Below, piece after piece: positions 13,650-24,800 of a DNA stretch of 64,000 nucleotides. The DNA is taken from assembly GCA_030390025.1 (NCBI GenBank), contig JASTWF010000322.1, positions 434,001 through 498,000 on the forward strand, in the 5' to 3' direction. This DNA comes from Squalus acanthias. Taxonomy: Eukaryota. The notes below the pieces were generated by a model, which was given only the letters and a program-made list of their open reading frames with translations, did no database searches and had not been told where the DNA came from. The number at the start of each line of letters is the position of its first letter. Position 1 is the first letter of the stretch. The position numbers and the translations under genes are program-made.

Positions 13650-15330
13650 GTGCGAGTGAGAGTGTGTGAGTGTGTGAGAGTGTGTGAGAGTGAGTGAGTG
13701 TGTGAGTGTGAGTGAGTGTGAGTGAGTGTGAGTGAGTGTGAGTGAGTGTGAGAGTGTGTGAGTTAGTGTGTGTGTGAGAGTGTGAGAGAGTGTGAGAGTG
13801 AGTGTGAGTGAGTGAGTGAGTGTGAGAGTGCGAGAGTGTGAGAGTGCGAGAGTGTGAGTGTGTGTGAGTGTGTGTGAGTGAGAGAGTGTGTGTGAGTGTG
13901 TGTGAGTGAGAGAGTGTGTGTGAGTGAGTGAGTGTGAGTGAGTGTGAGAGTGTGTGAGTTAGTGTGTGAGTTAGTGTGTGTGTGTGAGAGAGTGTGTGTG
14001 AGAGTGTGTGAGAGTGTGTGTGTGTGTGTGTGTGAGAGTGATTGTGTGTGAGTGTGTGAGTGTGAGAGTGTGTGAGTGTGAGGGTGTGAGAGAGAGAGTT
14101 AGTGTGTGCGTGTGAGTGTGAGTGCGTGTTTGTGTGAGAGTGTGTGAGTGAGAGTGAGCTTGAGTTAGTGTGAGTGTGTGCGTGAGTGAGAGTGTGTGTG
14201 AGTGAGAGTGTGTGTGAGTGTGAGTGCGTGTGTGAGTGAGAGTGTGTGAGTGAGAGTGTGTGTGTGTGTGTGTGTGAGTGTGTGAGCGTGCGTGTGCGCG
14301 TGAGAGTGTGTGAGCGTGAGAGTGTGTGTGAGCGTGAGAGTGTGTGTGAGTGTGAGTGTGAGTGTGAGTGTGAGTGAGAATGTGTGAGAGTGAGTATGTG
14401 TGTGTGTGAGTGTGTGTGTGAGTGTGTGAGTGTGAGAGTGTGTGTGAGTGTGAGTGTGTGTGTGTGAGTGAGTGTGAGTGTGTGTGAGTGTGAGTGTGTG
14501 TGAGTGTGTGTGTGAGTGTGTGTGTGTGTGTGAGTGTGAGTGTGAGTGAGTGTGAGTGAGTGTCTGTGTGAGAGTGTGTGTGAGAGTGTGTGTGAGAGTG
14601 TGTGTGTGCGTGTGTGTGAGTGTGAGAGTGTGAGTGTGTGAGAGTGTGTGTGTGTGAGTGTGTGTTTGAGTGTGAGTGTGTGTGTGTGTGTGACTGTGAG
14701 TGTGTGTGAGTGTGAGTGTGTGTGTGTGAGTGAGTGTGTGTGAGTGTGTGTGTGAGTGTGTGAGAGTGTGTGTGAGTGTGAGAGTGTGTGTGTGTGAGTG
14801 TGTGTGAGTGTGTGTGAGTGTGTGAGTGAGAGTGTGTGAGTGTGTGTGTGTGTGTGAGAGAGTGAGTGTGTGAGAGTGAGTGTGTGAGTGTGTGTGTGTG
14901 AGTGTGTGAGTGTGTGAGAGTGAGTGTGAGTGTGTGAGTGAGTGTGTGTGAGTGAGAGTGTGTGTGAGTGTGTGTGTGAGAGTGTGTGTGTGTGTGTGAG
15001 TGTGAGTGTGTGTGTGTGTGTGTGAGTGTGAGTGTGTGTGTGTGAGTGTGTGTGTGTGTGTGAGAGAGTGAGTGTGTGAGTGTGTGAGAGTGAGTGTGTG
15101 TGTGAGTGTGTGAGTGTGTGAGAGTGAGTGTGTGTGTGTGAGAGTGTGTGTGAGTGTGTGAGTGAGTGAGAGTGTGTGAGAGTGTGTGTGTGAGAGTGTG
15201 TGTGTGTGAGTGTGAGTGTGTGTGTGTGTGAGAGTGTGAGTGTGTGTGTGTGAGTGTGTGTGTGTGTGAGTGTGAGTGTGTCAGTGTGAGTGTGTCAGTG
15301 TGAGTGTGTGTGAGTGTGAGTGTGAGTGTG

Positions 15331-15366
<36 letters not shown>

Positions 15367-16335
15367 TGTGAGTGTGTGTGTGAGTGTGTGTGAGTGTGAG
15401 AGTGTGAGTGTGTGTGTTTGAGTGTGAGTGTGTGTGTCTGTGTGACTGTGAGTGTGTGTGAGTGTGTGTGTGTGTGAGTGAGTGTGAGAGTGTGTGTGTG
15501 AGAGTGTGTGAGAGTGTGTGTGAGTGTGAGAGCGTGTGTGTGTGAGTGTGTGTGAGTGTGTGTGTGTGTGTGAGAGTGTGTGTGTGTGTGAGTGTGTGTG
15601 AGTGTGAGAGTGTGAGTGTGTGTGTTTGAGTGTGAGTGTGTGTGTCTGTGTGACTGTGAGTGTGTGTGAGTGTGTGTGTGTGTGAGTGTGAGAGTGTGTG
15701 TGTGAGAGTGTGTGAGAGTGTGTGTGAGTGTGAGAGCGTGTGTGTGTGAGTGTGTGTGAGTGTGTGTGTGTGTGTGAGTGTGTGTGTGAGTGTGTGTGAG
15801 AGAGTGAGTGTGAGTGTGTGTGTGTGAGAGTGAGTGTGTGAGTGTGTGAGTGTGTGAGAGTGAGTGTGTGAGTGTGTGTGTGTGTGTGAGAGAGTGTGTG
15901 TGAGTGTGTGTGTGTGAGAGTGAGTGTGTGAGTGTGTGTGTGTGAGTGTGTGTGTGTGAGTGTGAGTGTGTGAGAGTGAGTGTGTGAGTGTGTGTGTGTG
16001 AGTGTGAGTGTGTGAGTGTGTGTGTGTGTGTGAGAGTGTGTGTGTGTGAGTGAGTGTGTGTGAGTGAGAGTGTGTGTGAGTGTGAGTGTGTGTGTGAGTG
16101 AGAGAGTGTGTGAGTGTGAGTGTGTGTGTGTGAGTGAGTGTGTGTGAGTGTGAGTGTGTGTGTGAGTGTGAGTGTGTGTGAGTGTGTGTGTGTGTGTGTG
16201 TTTGAGTGTGAGTGTGTCAGTGTGAGTGTGTGTGAGTGTGAGTGTGAGTGTGTGTGTGAGTGTGTGTGAGTGTGAGTGTGTGTGTGAGTGTGTGTGTGTG
16301 AGAGTGTGTGTGTGTGAGTGTGAGTGTGAGTGTGT

Positions 16336-16370
<35 letters not shown>

Positions 16371-16935
16371 TGTGTGTGTGTGAGTGTGTGTGTGAGTGTG
16401 AGTGTGTCAGTGTGACTTTGAGTGTGTGTGAGTGTGTGTGTGAGTGTGTGTGTGTGAGTGTGTGTGTGTGTGTGTGAGTGTGTGTGTGAGAGTGTGAGTG
16501 TGTCAGTGTGAGTGTGTGTGTGTGTGAGAGCGTGTGTGTGTGTGAGAGAGTGTGTGTGTGTGTGTGAGTGTGAGTGTGTGTGTGTGAGTGTGAGTGTGTC
16601 AGTGTGAGTGTGAGAGTGTGTGTGAGAGTGTGAGAGTGTGTGTGAGTGTGTGTGTGTGTGAGTGTGAGTGTGTGTGTGTGTGTGTGAGTGTGTGTGTGTG
16701 TTAGAGTGTGTGTGTGTGTGTGAGTGTGTGTGTGTGTGAGTGAGTGTGTGTGAGTGTGTGAGAGTGTGAGTGTGTGTGTGTGTGAGTGTGTGTGTGTGAG
16801 TGAGTGTGTGTGAGTGTGAGTGTGTGTGTGTGTGAGAGTGTGTGTGTGAGTGTGAGTGTGTGTGTGTGTGAGTGTGAGTGTGTGAGAGTGAGTGTGTGTG
16901 TGTGAGTGTGTGTGTGAGTGTGTGTGTGTGTGAGA
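13650..16935. repeat. About 3.3-kb compound (GT/GA)n microsatellite
   Basis: Directly visible. Confidence 0.98.
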
Positions 16936-16984
16936 GGTCTCTCACTAAATCTCTGCCCGTTTTCTCTCGCAACAGGTTCCCAAG

Positions 16985-18186
16985 ATGGAGATGTTGGAGG
17001 AATTGAAGATCGACATCCTGCTCGTGCTGTACGCCAACCCCGGGGGCATCAGGTTGGCCGAGTTCCCGACAGCATTCCAGAAGCTCCACGGCCGGGATTT
17101 AGACCTTTCCCGGTGCGGTTTCTCTTCCCTCCAGCACATGGCGGAGGCGATGTCCGAGATGGTGGAACGGCGGGGCGCCGGGAGCGAGGAGAGGCTGACG
17201 GCCAGAGGGGTTGCTGCCTTCGTGGACCCAGGAGTGCGGCAAGTCGCGCCTGCGGGCGTTCAGGCGCTTCAGAGCCGCGGTCCTGGGCCCAGCCAGGCTG
17301 CCCGGGCCGGAGCCGGGCCTAGCGGCCCACAGAAGCCTAAGCCTGCCCAGTCTGCCCCGCTCCCCGCCTCCCCGCAGGCCTCAGCTGTTAACTTGGGCCC
17401 CGGCCTGCTGCAGAACCCGCCCTGCATCCTCCCGCGAGTCTCAGGCCCGGAGAGGGACTCTCAATCGGGCCTACGCGACCAGGCCTCAGGCGGCCTACGT
17501 CCAATGGCCGCCCTCCCAGCCCCTGGGCAGCCCCGTGACCTTCCAGTGCCAGGCCCGGCTCCTGCAGTTTCCCAAATACATGCAGCCCCTCCTGTTCCTG
17601 GGCGATTCTTCACTCCTCGGCCCGCCACCCCGGCTCAAGACTCTGCAGCTCAGCCAGGCCGCTCCCCGAATCCAGGCCCAGGTTCCGAAGGCCCCGAATC
17701 CCCCGCCCCTTCTGACCTCTCCCGGGCATCACCGCGGCAACCGGGCCCCTCAGAGCCCGGCCGTGGGGCAGGAGGCCCGAAGGCCCGACCGGCCCTTAAG
17801 CCGGGGAGCCAGCCCGCTGCCCCAGGCCGGGCCTCGGGCCCCCGAAAAGGCAGCGGGGCTTCAGCCTCTGACGTACAGTCAAGTGGTGCGGGCCTCGGCG
17901 GAGTGGCCTCCGGCGGGAGTGCGGGGAGCAGGCCCGAGGCTCCCAGGACCAGGCCCAACTCGCGGATCTTCGCTTGACCGCAGGGAGTGGCCCTCGCCGG
18001 ACCAGACAAGGAGGCCGGGCCTGTTTCCGAGGCAACGGTCGATGAGCGAGCGGCCGGCCGACGATGGAGAGGGCCCCAAGCCGCCCGAGGCAACACAGGC
18101 CCCAAGCCTGGCTCCGGCCAAGATGGAGGGCAGCAGGGAGACGGGACTGGACGCACGGACGGGGGACGCTGCCTCGCGCCGCCAAG
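16985..18186 (+). CDS. Multi-LOTUS gene exon A: LOTUS/OST-HTH domain 1 plus Pro/Arg-rich region (needs a +1 frame change near 17199-17240)
   Basis: Acceptor TTTTCTCTCGCAACAG at 16975; strong Kozak CCCAAGATGG; LEELKIDILLVLYANPGGIRLAEFPTAFQKLHGRDLDLSRCGFSSLQHMAEAM fits the LOTUS pattern. Donor AAG|GTACGT at 18186 is phase 1 in the 17211 frame. Confidence 0.75.
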
Positions 18187-20220
18187 GTACGTAAACGATC
18201 GCACATCAGAGAAAGCGTGACCCTGAAAGGGGGAGGGGGCTTACACGCCCCTAGGCCCCCGTCTCCCGCAGCCCCAGGGCAGGGACTCCGTGTGGTGACC
18301 TTTTCGGGGGGTTGCGAGACCCTATCGCGGTTCCCGTCGGTAGGGAACATCCCCTTTCCTCATCATTCACAACCCCCGGGGGTAAAACATACGCGCAAAG
18401 GCGTCTGAGGCCGAGAGTGGGCCGGGCTGTGACGCACCAGACAGTCGAATAGCTGCCAGTAATTCAGGTCCCCCGCCCCAGTCAAGGTTGGGAGGGGTTT
18501 CTGAGGGTAGTGCCTGGGAGTGTTTGATGGGACAGTGTAGAAGGAGCTTTACTCTGTATCTAACCCGTGCTGTACCTGCCCTGGGAGTGTTTGATGGGAC
18601 AGTGTAGAGGGAGCTTTACTCTGTATCTAACCCCGTGCTGTACCTGCCCTGGGAGTGTTTGATGGGACAGTGTAGAGGGAGCTTTACTCTGTATCTAACC
18701 CGTGCTGTACCTGCCCTGGGAGTGTTTGATGGGACAGTGTAGAAGGAGCTTTACTCTGTATCTAACTCGTGCTGTACCTGCCCATGGAGTGTTTCATGGG
18801 ACAGTGTAGAGGGAGCTTTACTCTGTATCTAACCCGTGCTGTTCCTGCCCTGGGAGTGTTTGATGGGACAGTGTAGAGGGAGCTTTACTCTGTATCTAAC
18901 CCGTGCTGTACCTGCCCATGGAGTGTTTGATGGGACAGTGTAGAGGGAGCTTTACTCTGTATCTAACCCCGTGCTGTACCTGCCCTGGGAGTGTTTGATG
19001 GGACAGTGTAGAGGGAGGTTTACTCTGTATCTAACCCCGTGCTGTACCTGCCCTGGGAGTGTTTGATGGGACAGTGTAGAGGGAGGTTTACTCTGTATCT
19101 AACCCCGTGCTGTACCTGCCCTGGGAGTGTTTGATGGGACAGTGTAGAGGGAGCTTTACTCTGTATCTAACCCCGTGCTGCACCTGCCCTGGGAGTGTTT
19201 GATGGGACAGTGTAGAGGGAGCTTTACTCTGTATCTAACCCGTGCTGTACCTGCCCTGGGAGTGTTTGATGGGACAGTGTAGAGGGAGCTTTACTCTGTA
19301 TCTAACCCGTGCTGTACCTGCCCTGGGAGTGTTTGATGGGACAGTGTAGAGGGAGCTTTACTCTGTATCTAACCCCGTGCTGTACCTGCCCTGGGAGTGT
19401 TTGATGGGACAGTGTAGAGGGAGCTTTATTCTGTATCTAACCCGTGCTGTACCTGCCCTGGGAGTGTTTGATGGGACAGTGTAGAGGGAGGTTTACTCTG
19501 TATCTAACCCCGTGCTGTACCTGCCCTGGGAGTGTTTGATGGGACAGTGTAGAGGGAGCTTTACTCTGTATCTAACCCCGTGCTGTACCTGCCCTGGGAG
19601 TGTTTGATGGGACAGTGTAGAGGGAGCTTTACTCTGTATCTAACCCCGTGCTGTACCTGCCCTGGGAGTGTTTGATGGGACAGTGTAGAGGGAGCTTTAC
19701 TCTGTATCTAACCCGTGCTGTACCTGCCCTGGGAGTGTTTGATGGGACAGTGTAGAGGGAGCTTTACTCTGTATCTAACCCCGTGCTGTACCTGCCCTGG
19801 GAATGTTTGATGGGACAGTGTAGAGGGAGCTTTACTCTGTATCTAACCCCGTGCTGTACCTGCCCTGGGAGTGTTTGATGGGACAGTGTAGAGGGAGCTT
19901 TACTCTGTATCTAACCCGTGCTGTACCTGCCCTGGGAGTGTTTGATGGGACAGTGTAGAGGGAGCTTTACTCTGTATCTAACCCGTGCTGTACCTGCCCT
20001 GGGAGTGTTTGATGGGACAGTGTAGAGAGAGCTTTACTCTGTATCTAACCCGTGCTGTACCTGCCCTGGGAGTGTTTGATGGGACAGTGTAGAGGGAGCT
20101 TTACTCTGTATCTAACCCCGTGCTGTTCCTGCCCTGGGAGTGTTTGATGGGGACAGTGTAGAGGGAGCTTTACTCTGTATCTAACCCCGTGCTGTACCTG
20201 CCCTGGGAGTGTTTGATGGG

Positions 20221-21810
20221 TACCCGCATGGGTCCTAGCTATGCCTGCCTTTTCGTGGGATATGTGGAACACTCTTTGTTCCAGTCCTACTCGGGTCCCC
20301 TCCCTCACCTCTTTTTCCGGTACATTGATGACTGTATCGGTGCCGTCTCCTGCTCTCGCCCTGAACTAGAACATTTCATTCACTATGCTTCCAATTTCCA
20401 CCCTTCCCTCACCTTCACATGGTCCATCTCCGACTCTTCCCTTCCCTTCCTCGACTTCTCCATCTCCATCTCTGGGGATAGGTTATTGACTAACATTCAC
20501 TACAAGCCCACTGACTCCCACAGCTACCTGGACTACACTTCCTCCCACCCCGCCTCCTGTAAGGACTCTATTCCATTCTCCCAGTTTCTCCGTCTCCGCC
20601 GCATCTGCTCTGATGATGCCACCTTCCATACCAGTGCTTCCGACATGTCTTCCTTTTTCCTCAACCGAGGATTCCCCTCTACCGTGGTCGACACGGCCCT
20701 CGACCGTGTCCGTTCTATCTCCCGCACATCTGCCCTCACCCCTGCCCCTCCCTCCCGGAACCACGATAGAGTTCCCCTTGTCCTCATCTTTCACCCCACC
20801 AGCCTCCACATTCAACGGATCATCCTCCGCCATTTCCGCCACCTCCAGCGTGAACCCACCACCAAACACATCTTCCCCTCACCTCCCCTTTCAGCATTCC
20901 GCAGGGACCGCTCCCTCCGCGACACCCTAGTCCACTCCTCTACCACCCCCAGCACCCCTTCCCCTTCGCCCGGCACCTTCCCGTGCAAGCGCAGGAGATG
21001 CAACAGATGCCCTTATACCTCCCCCATTCCCACTGTCCAGGGCCCCAAACACTCCATCCAGGTGAAACAGCGATTCACTTGTACTTCCTGCAATTTAGTA
21101 TACTGTATTCGCTGCTCACGATGTGGTCTCCTCTACATTGCGGAGACCAAACGCAGATTGGGTGACCGCTTTGCGGAACACCTCCGTTCAGTCCGTAAGG
21201 GGGACCCCGAGCTCCCGGTGGCCTGTCACTTTAATTCACCGCTTCACTCCCACTCTGACCTCACCGTCCTCGGCCTATTACACTGTTCCTCGGAAGCGCA
21301 GCGTAAGCTCGAGGAACAGCACCTCATCTTTCGTTTAGGCACTTTACAGCCTTCTGGACTCAATATCGAGTTCAACAATTTTAGATCATAACCTCAGCCC
21401 CAATCACATTTATATTTTATTTTTTCCACCCTTTTATTTGCCCCCCCCCCCCACCTTTTTTTTCCTCCTAGAAGCTGGCAGCTGTCCTTCATTCTGCCAG
21501 TGGATTTCACACTTCTTTCAGCCTTAATCTGTCACATTAACACCACCTCTAGCCTTGCATATCTCTTAATGTCTCTTAATGTCTCTTCATCTCCCCCTTT
21601 GTTCTTTTATCCCCTCCCCCTTTTCCCAGCTTTACCCTGGCCTTAAATCTATTTGATTTCCGGCTCTTCCCAGTTCTGATGAAAGGTCATCGACCTGAAA
21701 CGTTAACTCTCTTTCTCTCTCCACGGATGCTGCCTGGCCTGCTGAGTTTTTCCAGCGTTTTCTGTTGTTATTTCGGATTTCCAGCATCCGCAGTATTTTG
21801 CTATCGTATT
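20221..21810 (+). mobile_element. 5'-truncated Penelope-like retroelement (RT C-terminal part, GIY-YIG endonuclease, 3' pLTR)
   Basis: MGTRMGPSYA and YIDD RT motifs; NLVYCIRC..C..LYIAET..RLGDRFAEH and GLN GIY-YIG motifs; inserted in the 60-bp satellite. Confidence 0.93.
21672..21708 (+). ncRNA. Minimal type I hammerhead ribozyme in a Penelope pLTR
   Basis: AGTT-CTGATGA-A-AGGTC(atc)GACCT-GAAA-CG-TT-AACT: stem I, conserved core, stem II, palindromic ACGT stem III. Confidence 0.8.
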
Positions 21811-24800
21811 AGTGTTTCATGGGACAGTGTAGAGGGAGCTTTACTCTGTAACTAAACCCATGCTGTTCCTGCCTTGGGAGTGTTTGATGGGACAGTGTAG
21901 GGGGAGCTTTACTCTGTATCTAACCCGTGCTGTACCTGCCCTGGGAGTGTTTGATGGGACAGTGTAGAGGGTGCTTTACTCTGTATTTAACCCGTGCTGT
22001 ACCTGCCCTGGGAGTGTTTGATGGGACAGTGTAGAGGGAGCTTTACTCTGTATCTAACCCCGTACTGTACCTGCCCTGGGAGTGTTTGATGGGACAGTGT
22101 AGAGGGAGCTTTACTCTGTATCTAACTCCGTGCTGTACCTGCCCTGGGAGTGTTTGATGGAGACAGTGTAGAGGGAGCTTTACTCTGTATCTAACCCGTG
22201 CTGTACCTGCCCTGGGAGTGTTTGATGGGACAGTGTAGAGGGAGCTTTACTCTGTATCCAACCCCGTGCTGTACCTGCCCTGGGAATGTTTGATGGGACA
22301 GTGTAGAGGAAGCTTTACTCTGTGTCTAACCCCGTGCTGTACCTGCCCTGGGAGTGTTTGATGGGACAGTGTAGAGGGAGCTTTACTCTGTATCTAACCC
22401 CGTGCTGTACCTGCCCTGGGAGTGTTTGACGGGACAGTGTAGAGGGAGCTTTACTCTGTATCTAACCCCGTGCTGTACCTGCCCTGGGAGTGTTTGATGG
22501 GACAGTGTAGAGGGAGCTTTAGTCTGTATCTAACCCCGTGCTGTACCTGCCCTGGGAGTGTTTGATGGGGACAGTGTAGAGGGTGCTTTACTCTGTATCT
22601 AACCCCGTGCTGTGCCTGCCCTGGGAGTGTTTGATGGGACAGTGTAGAGGGAGCTTTACTCTGTATCTAACCCGTGCTGTACCTGCCCTGGGAGTGTTTG
22701 ATGGGACAGTGTAGAGGGAGCTTTACTCTGTATCTAACCCCGTGCTGTACCTGCCCTGGGAGTGTCTGATGGGACAGTGTAGAGGGAGCTTTATTCTGTA
22801 TCTAACCTCGTGCTGTACCTGCCCTGGGAGTGTTTGATGGGACAGTGTCGAGGGAGCTTTGCTCTGTATCTAACCCGCACTGTACCTGCCCTGGGAGTGT
22901 TTGATGGGACAGTGTCGAGGGAGCTTTACTCTGTATCTAACCCGTGCTGTACCTGCCCTGGGAGTGTTTGATGGGACAGTGTAGAGGGAGCATTACTCTG
23001 TATCTAACCCCGTGCTGTACCTGCCCTGGGAGTGTTTGACGGGACAGTGTAGAGGGAGCTTTACTCTGTATCTAACCCGTGCTGTACCTGCCCTGGGAGT
23101 GTTTGATGGGACAGTGTAGAGGGAGCTTTACTCTGTATCTAACCCCGTGCTGTACCTGCCCTGGGAGTGTTTGATGGGACAGTGTAGAGGGAGCTTTACT
23201 CTGTATCTAACCCCGTGCTGTACCTGCCCTGGGAGTGTTTGATGGGGACAGTGTAGAGGCTGCTTTGCTCTGTATCTAACCCCGTGCTGTACCTGCCCTG
23301 GGAGTGTTTGATGGGACAGTGTAGAGGGAGCTTTACTCTGTAACGAACCCCGTGCTGTACCTGCCCTGGGAGTGTTTGATGGGACAGTGTAGAGGGAGCT
23401 TTACTCTGTACCGAACCTGTGCTGTACCTGCCCTGGGAGTGTTTGATGGGGACAGTGTAGAGGGAGCTTTACTCTGTATCTAACCCGTGCTGTACCTGCC
23501 CTGGGAGTGTTTGATGGGACAGTGTAGAGGGAGCTTTACTCTGTATCTAACCCCGTGCTGTACCTGCCCTGGGAGTGTTTGATGGGACAGTGTAGAGGGA
23601 GCTTTACTCTGTACCGAACCTATGCTGTACCTGCCTTGGGAGTGTTTGATGGGACAGTGTAGAGCGAGCTTTACTCTGTATCTAACCCCGTGCTGTACCT
23701 GCCCTGGGAGTGTTTGATGGGACAGTGTAGAGGGAGCTTTACTCTGTATCTAACCCCGTGCTGTACCTGCCCTGGGAGTGTTTGATGGGACAGTGTAGAG
23801 GGAGATTTATTCTGTATCTAACCCGTGCTGTACCTGCCCTGGGAGTGTTTGATGGGACAGTGTAGAGGGAGCTTTACTCTGTATCTAACCCGTGCTGTAC
23901 CTGCCCTGGGAGTGTTTGATGGGACAGTGTAGAGGGAGCTTTACTCTGTATCTAACCCCGTGCTGTACCTGCCCTGGGAGTGTTTGATGGGACAGTGTAG
24001 AGGGTGCTTTACTCTGTATCTAACCTGTGCTGTACCTGCCCTGGGAGTGTTTGATGGGACAGTGTAGAGGGAGCTTTACTCTGTAACGAACCCCGTGCTG
24101 TACCTGCCCTGGGAGTGTTTGATGGGACAGTGTAGAGGGAGCTTTACTCTGTACCGAACCTGTGCTGTACCTGCCCTGGGAGTGTTTGATGGGGACGGTG
24201 TAGAGGGAGCTTTACTCTGTATCTAACCCCGTGCTGTACCTGCCCTGGGAGTGTTTGATGGGGACGGTGTAGAGGGAGCTTTACTCTGTATCTAACCCGT
24301 GCTGTACCTGCCCTGGGAGTGTTTGATGGGACAGTGTAGAGGGAGCTTTACTCTGTATCTAACCCCGTGCTGTACCTGCCCTGGGAGTGTTTGATGGGAC
24401 AGTGTAGAGGGAGCTTTACTCTGTACCGAACCTGTGCTGTACCTGCCTTGGGAGTGTTTGATGGGACAGTGTAGAGCGAGCTTTAGTCTGTATATAACCC
24501 CGTGCTGTACCTGCCCTGGGAGTGTTTGATGGGACAGTGTAGAGGGAGCTTTAGTCTGTATCTAACCCCGTGCTGTACCTGCCCTGGGAGTGTTTGATGG
24601 GACAGTGTAGAGCGAGCTTTAGTCTGTATCTAACCCCGTGCTGTACCTGCCCTGGGAGTGTTTGATGGGACAGTGTAGAGGGAGCTTTACTCTGTATCTA
24701 ACCCCGTGCTGTACCTGCCCTGGGAGTGTTTGATGGGACAGTGTAGAGGGAGCTTTACTCTGTATCTAACCCGTGCTGTACCTGCCCTGGGAGTGTTTGA

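Noticed and set aside
16217..17089. His/Thr-rich 290-aa ORF
   Set aside because: Translation of the GT/GA microsatellite.
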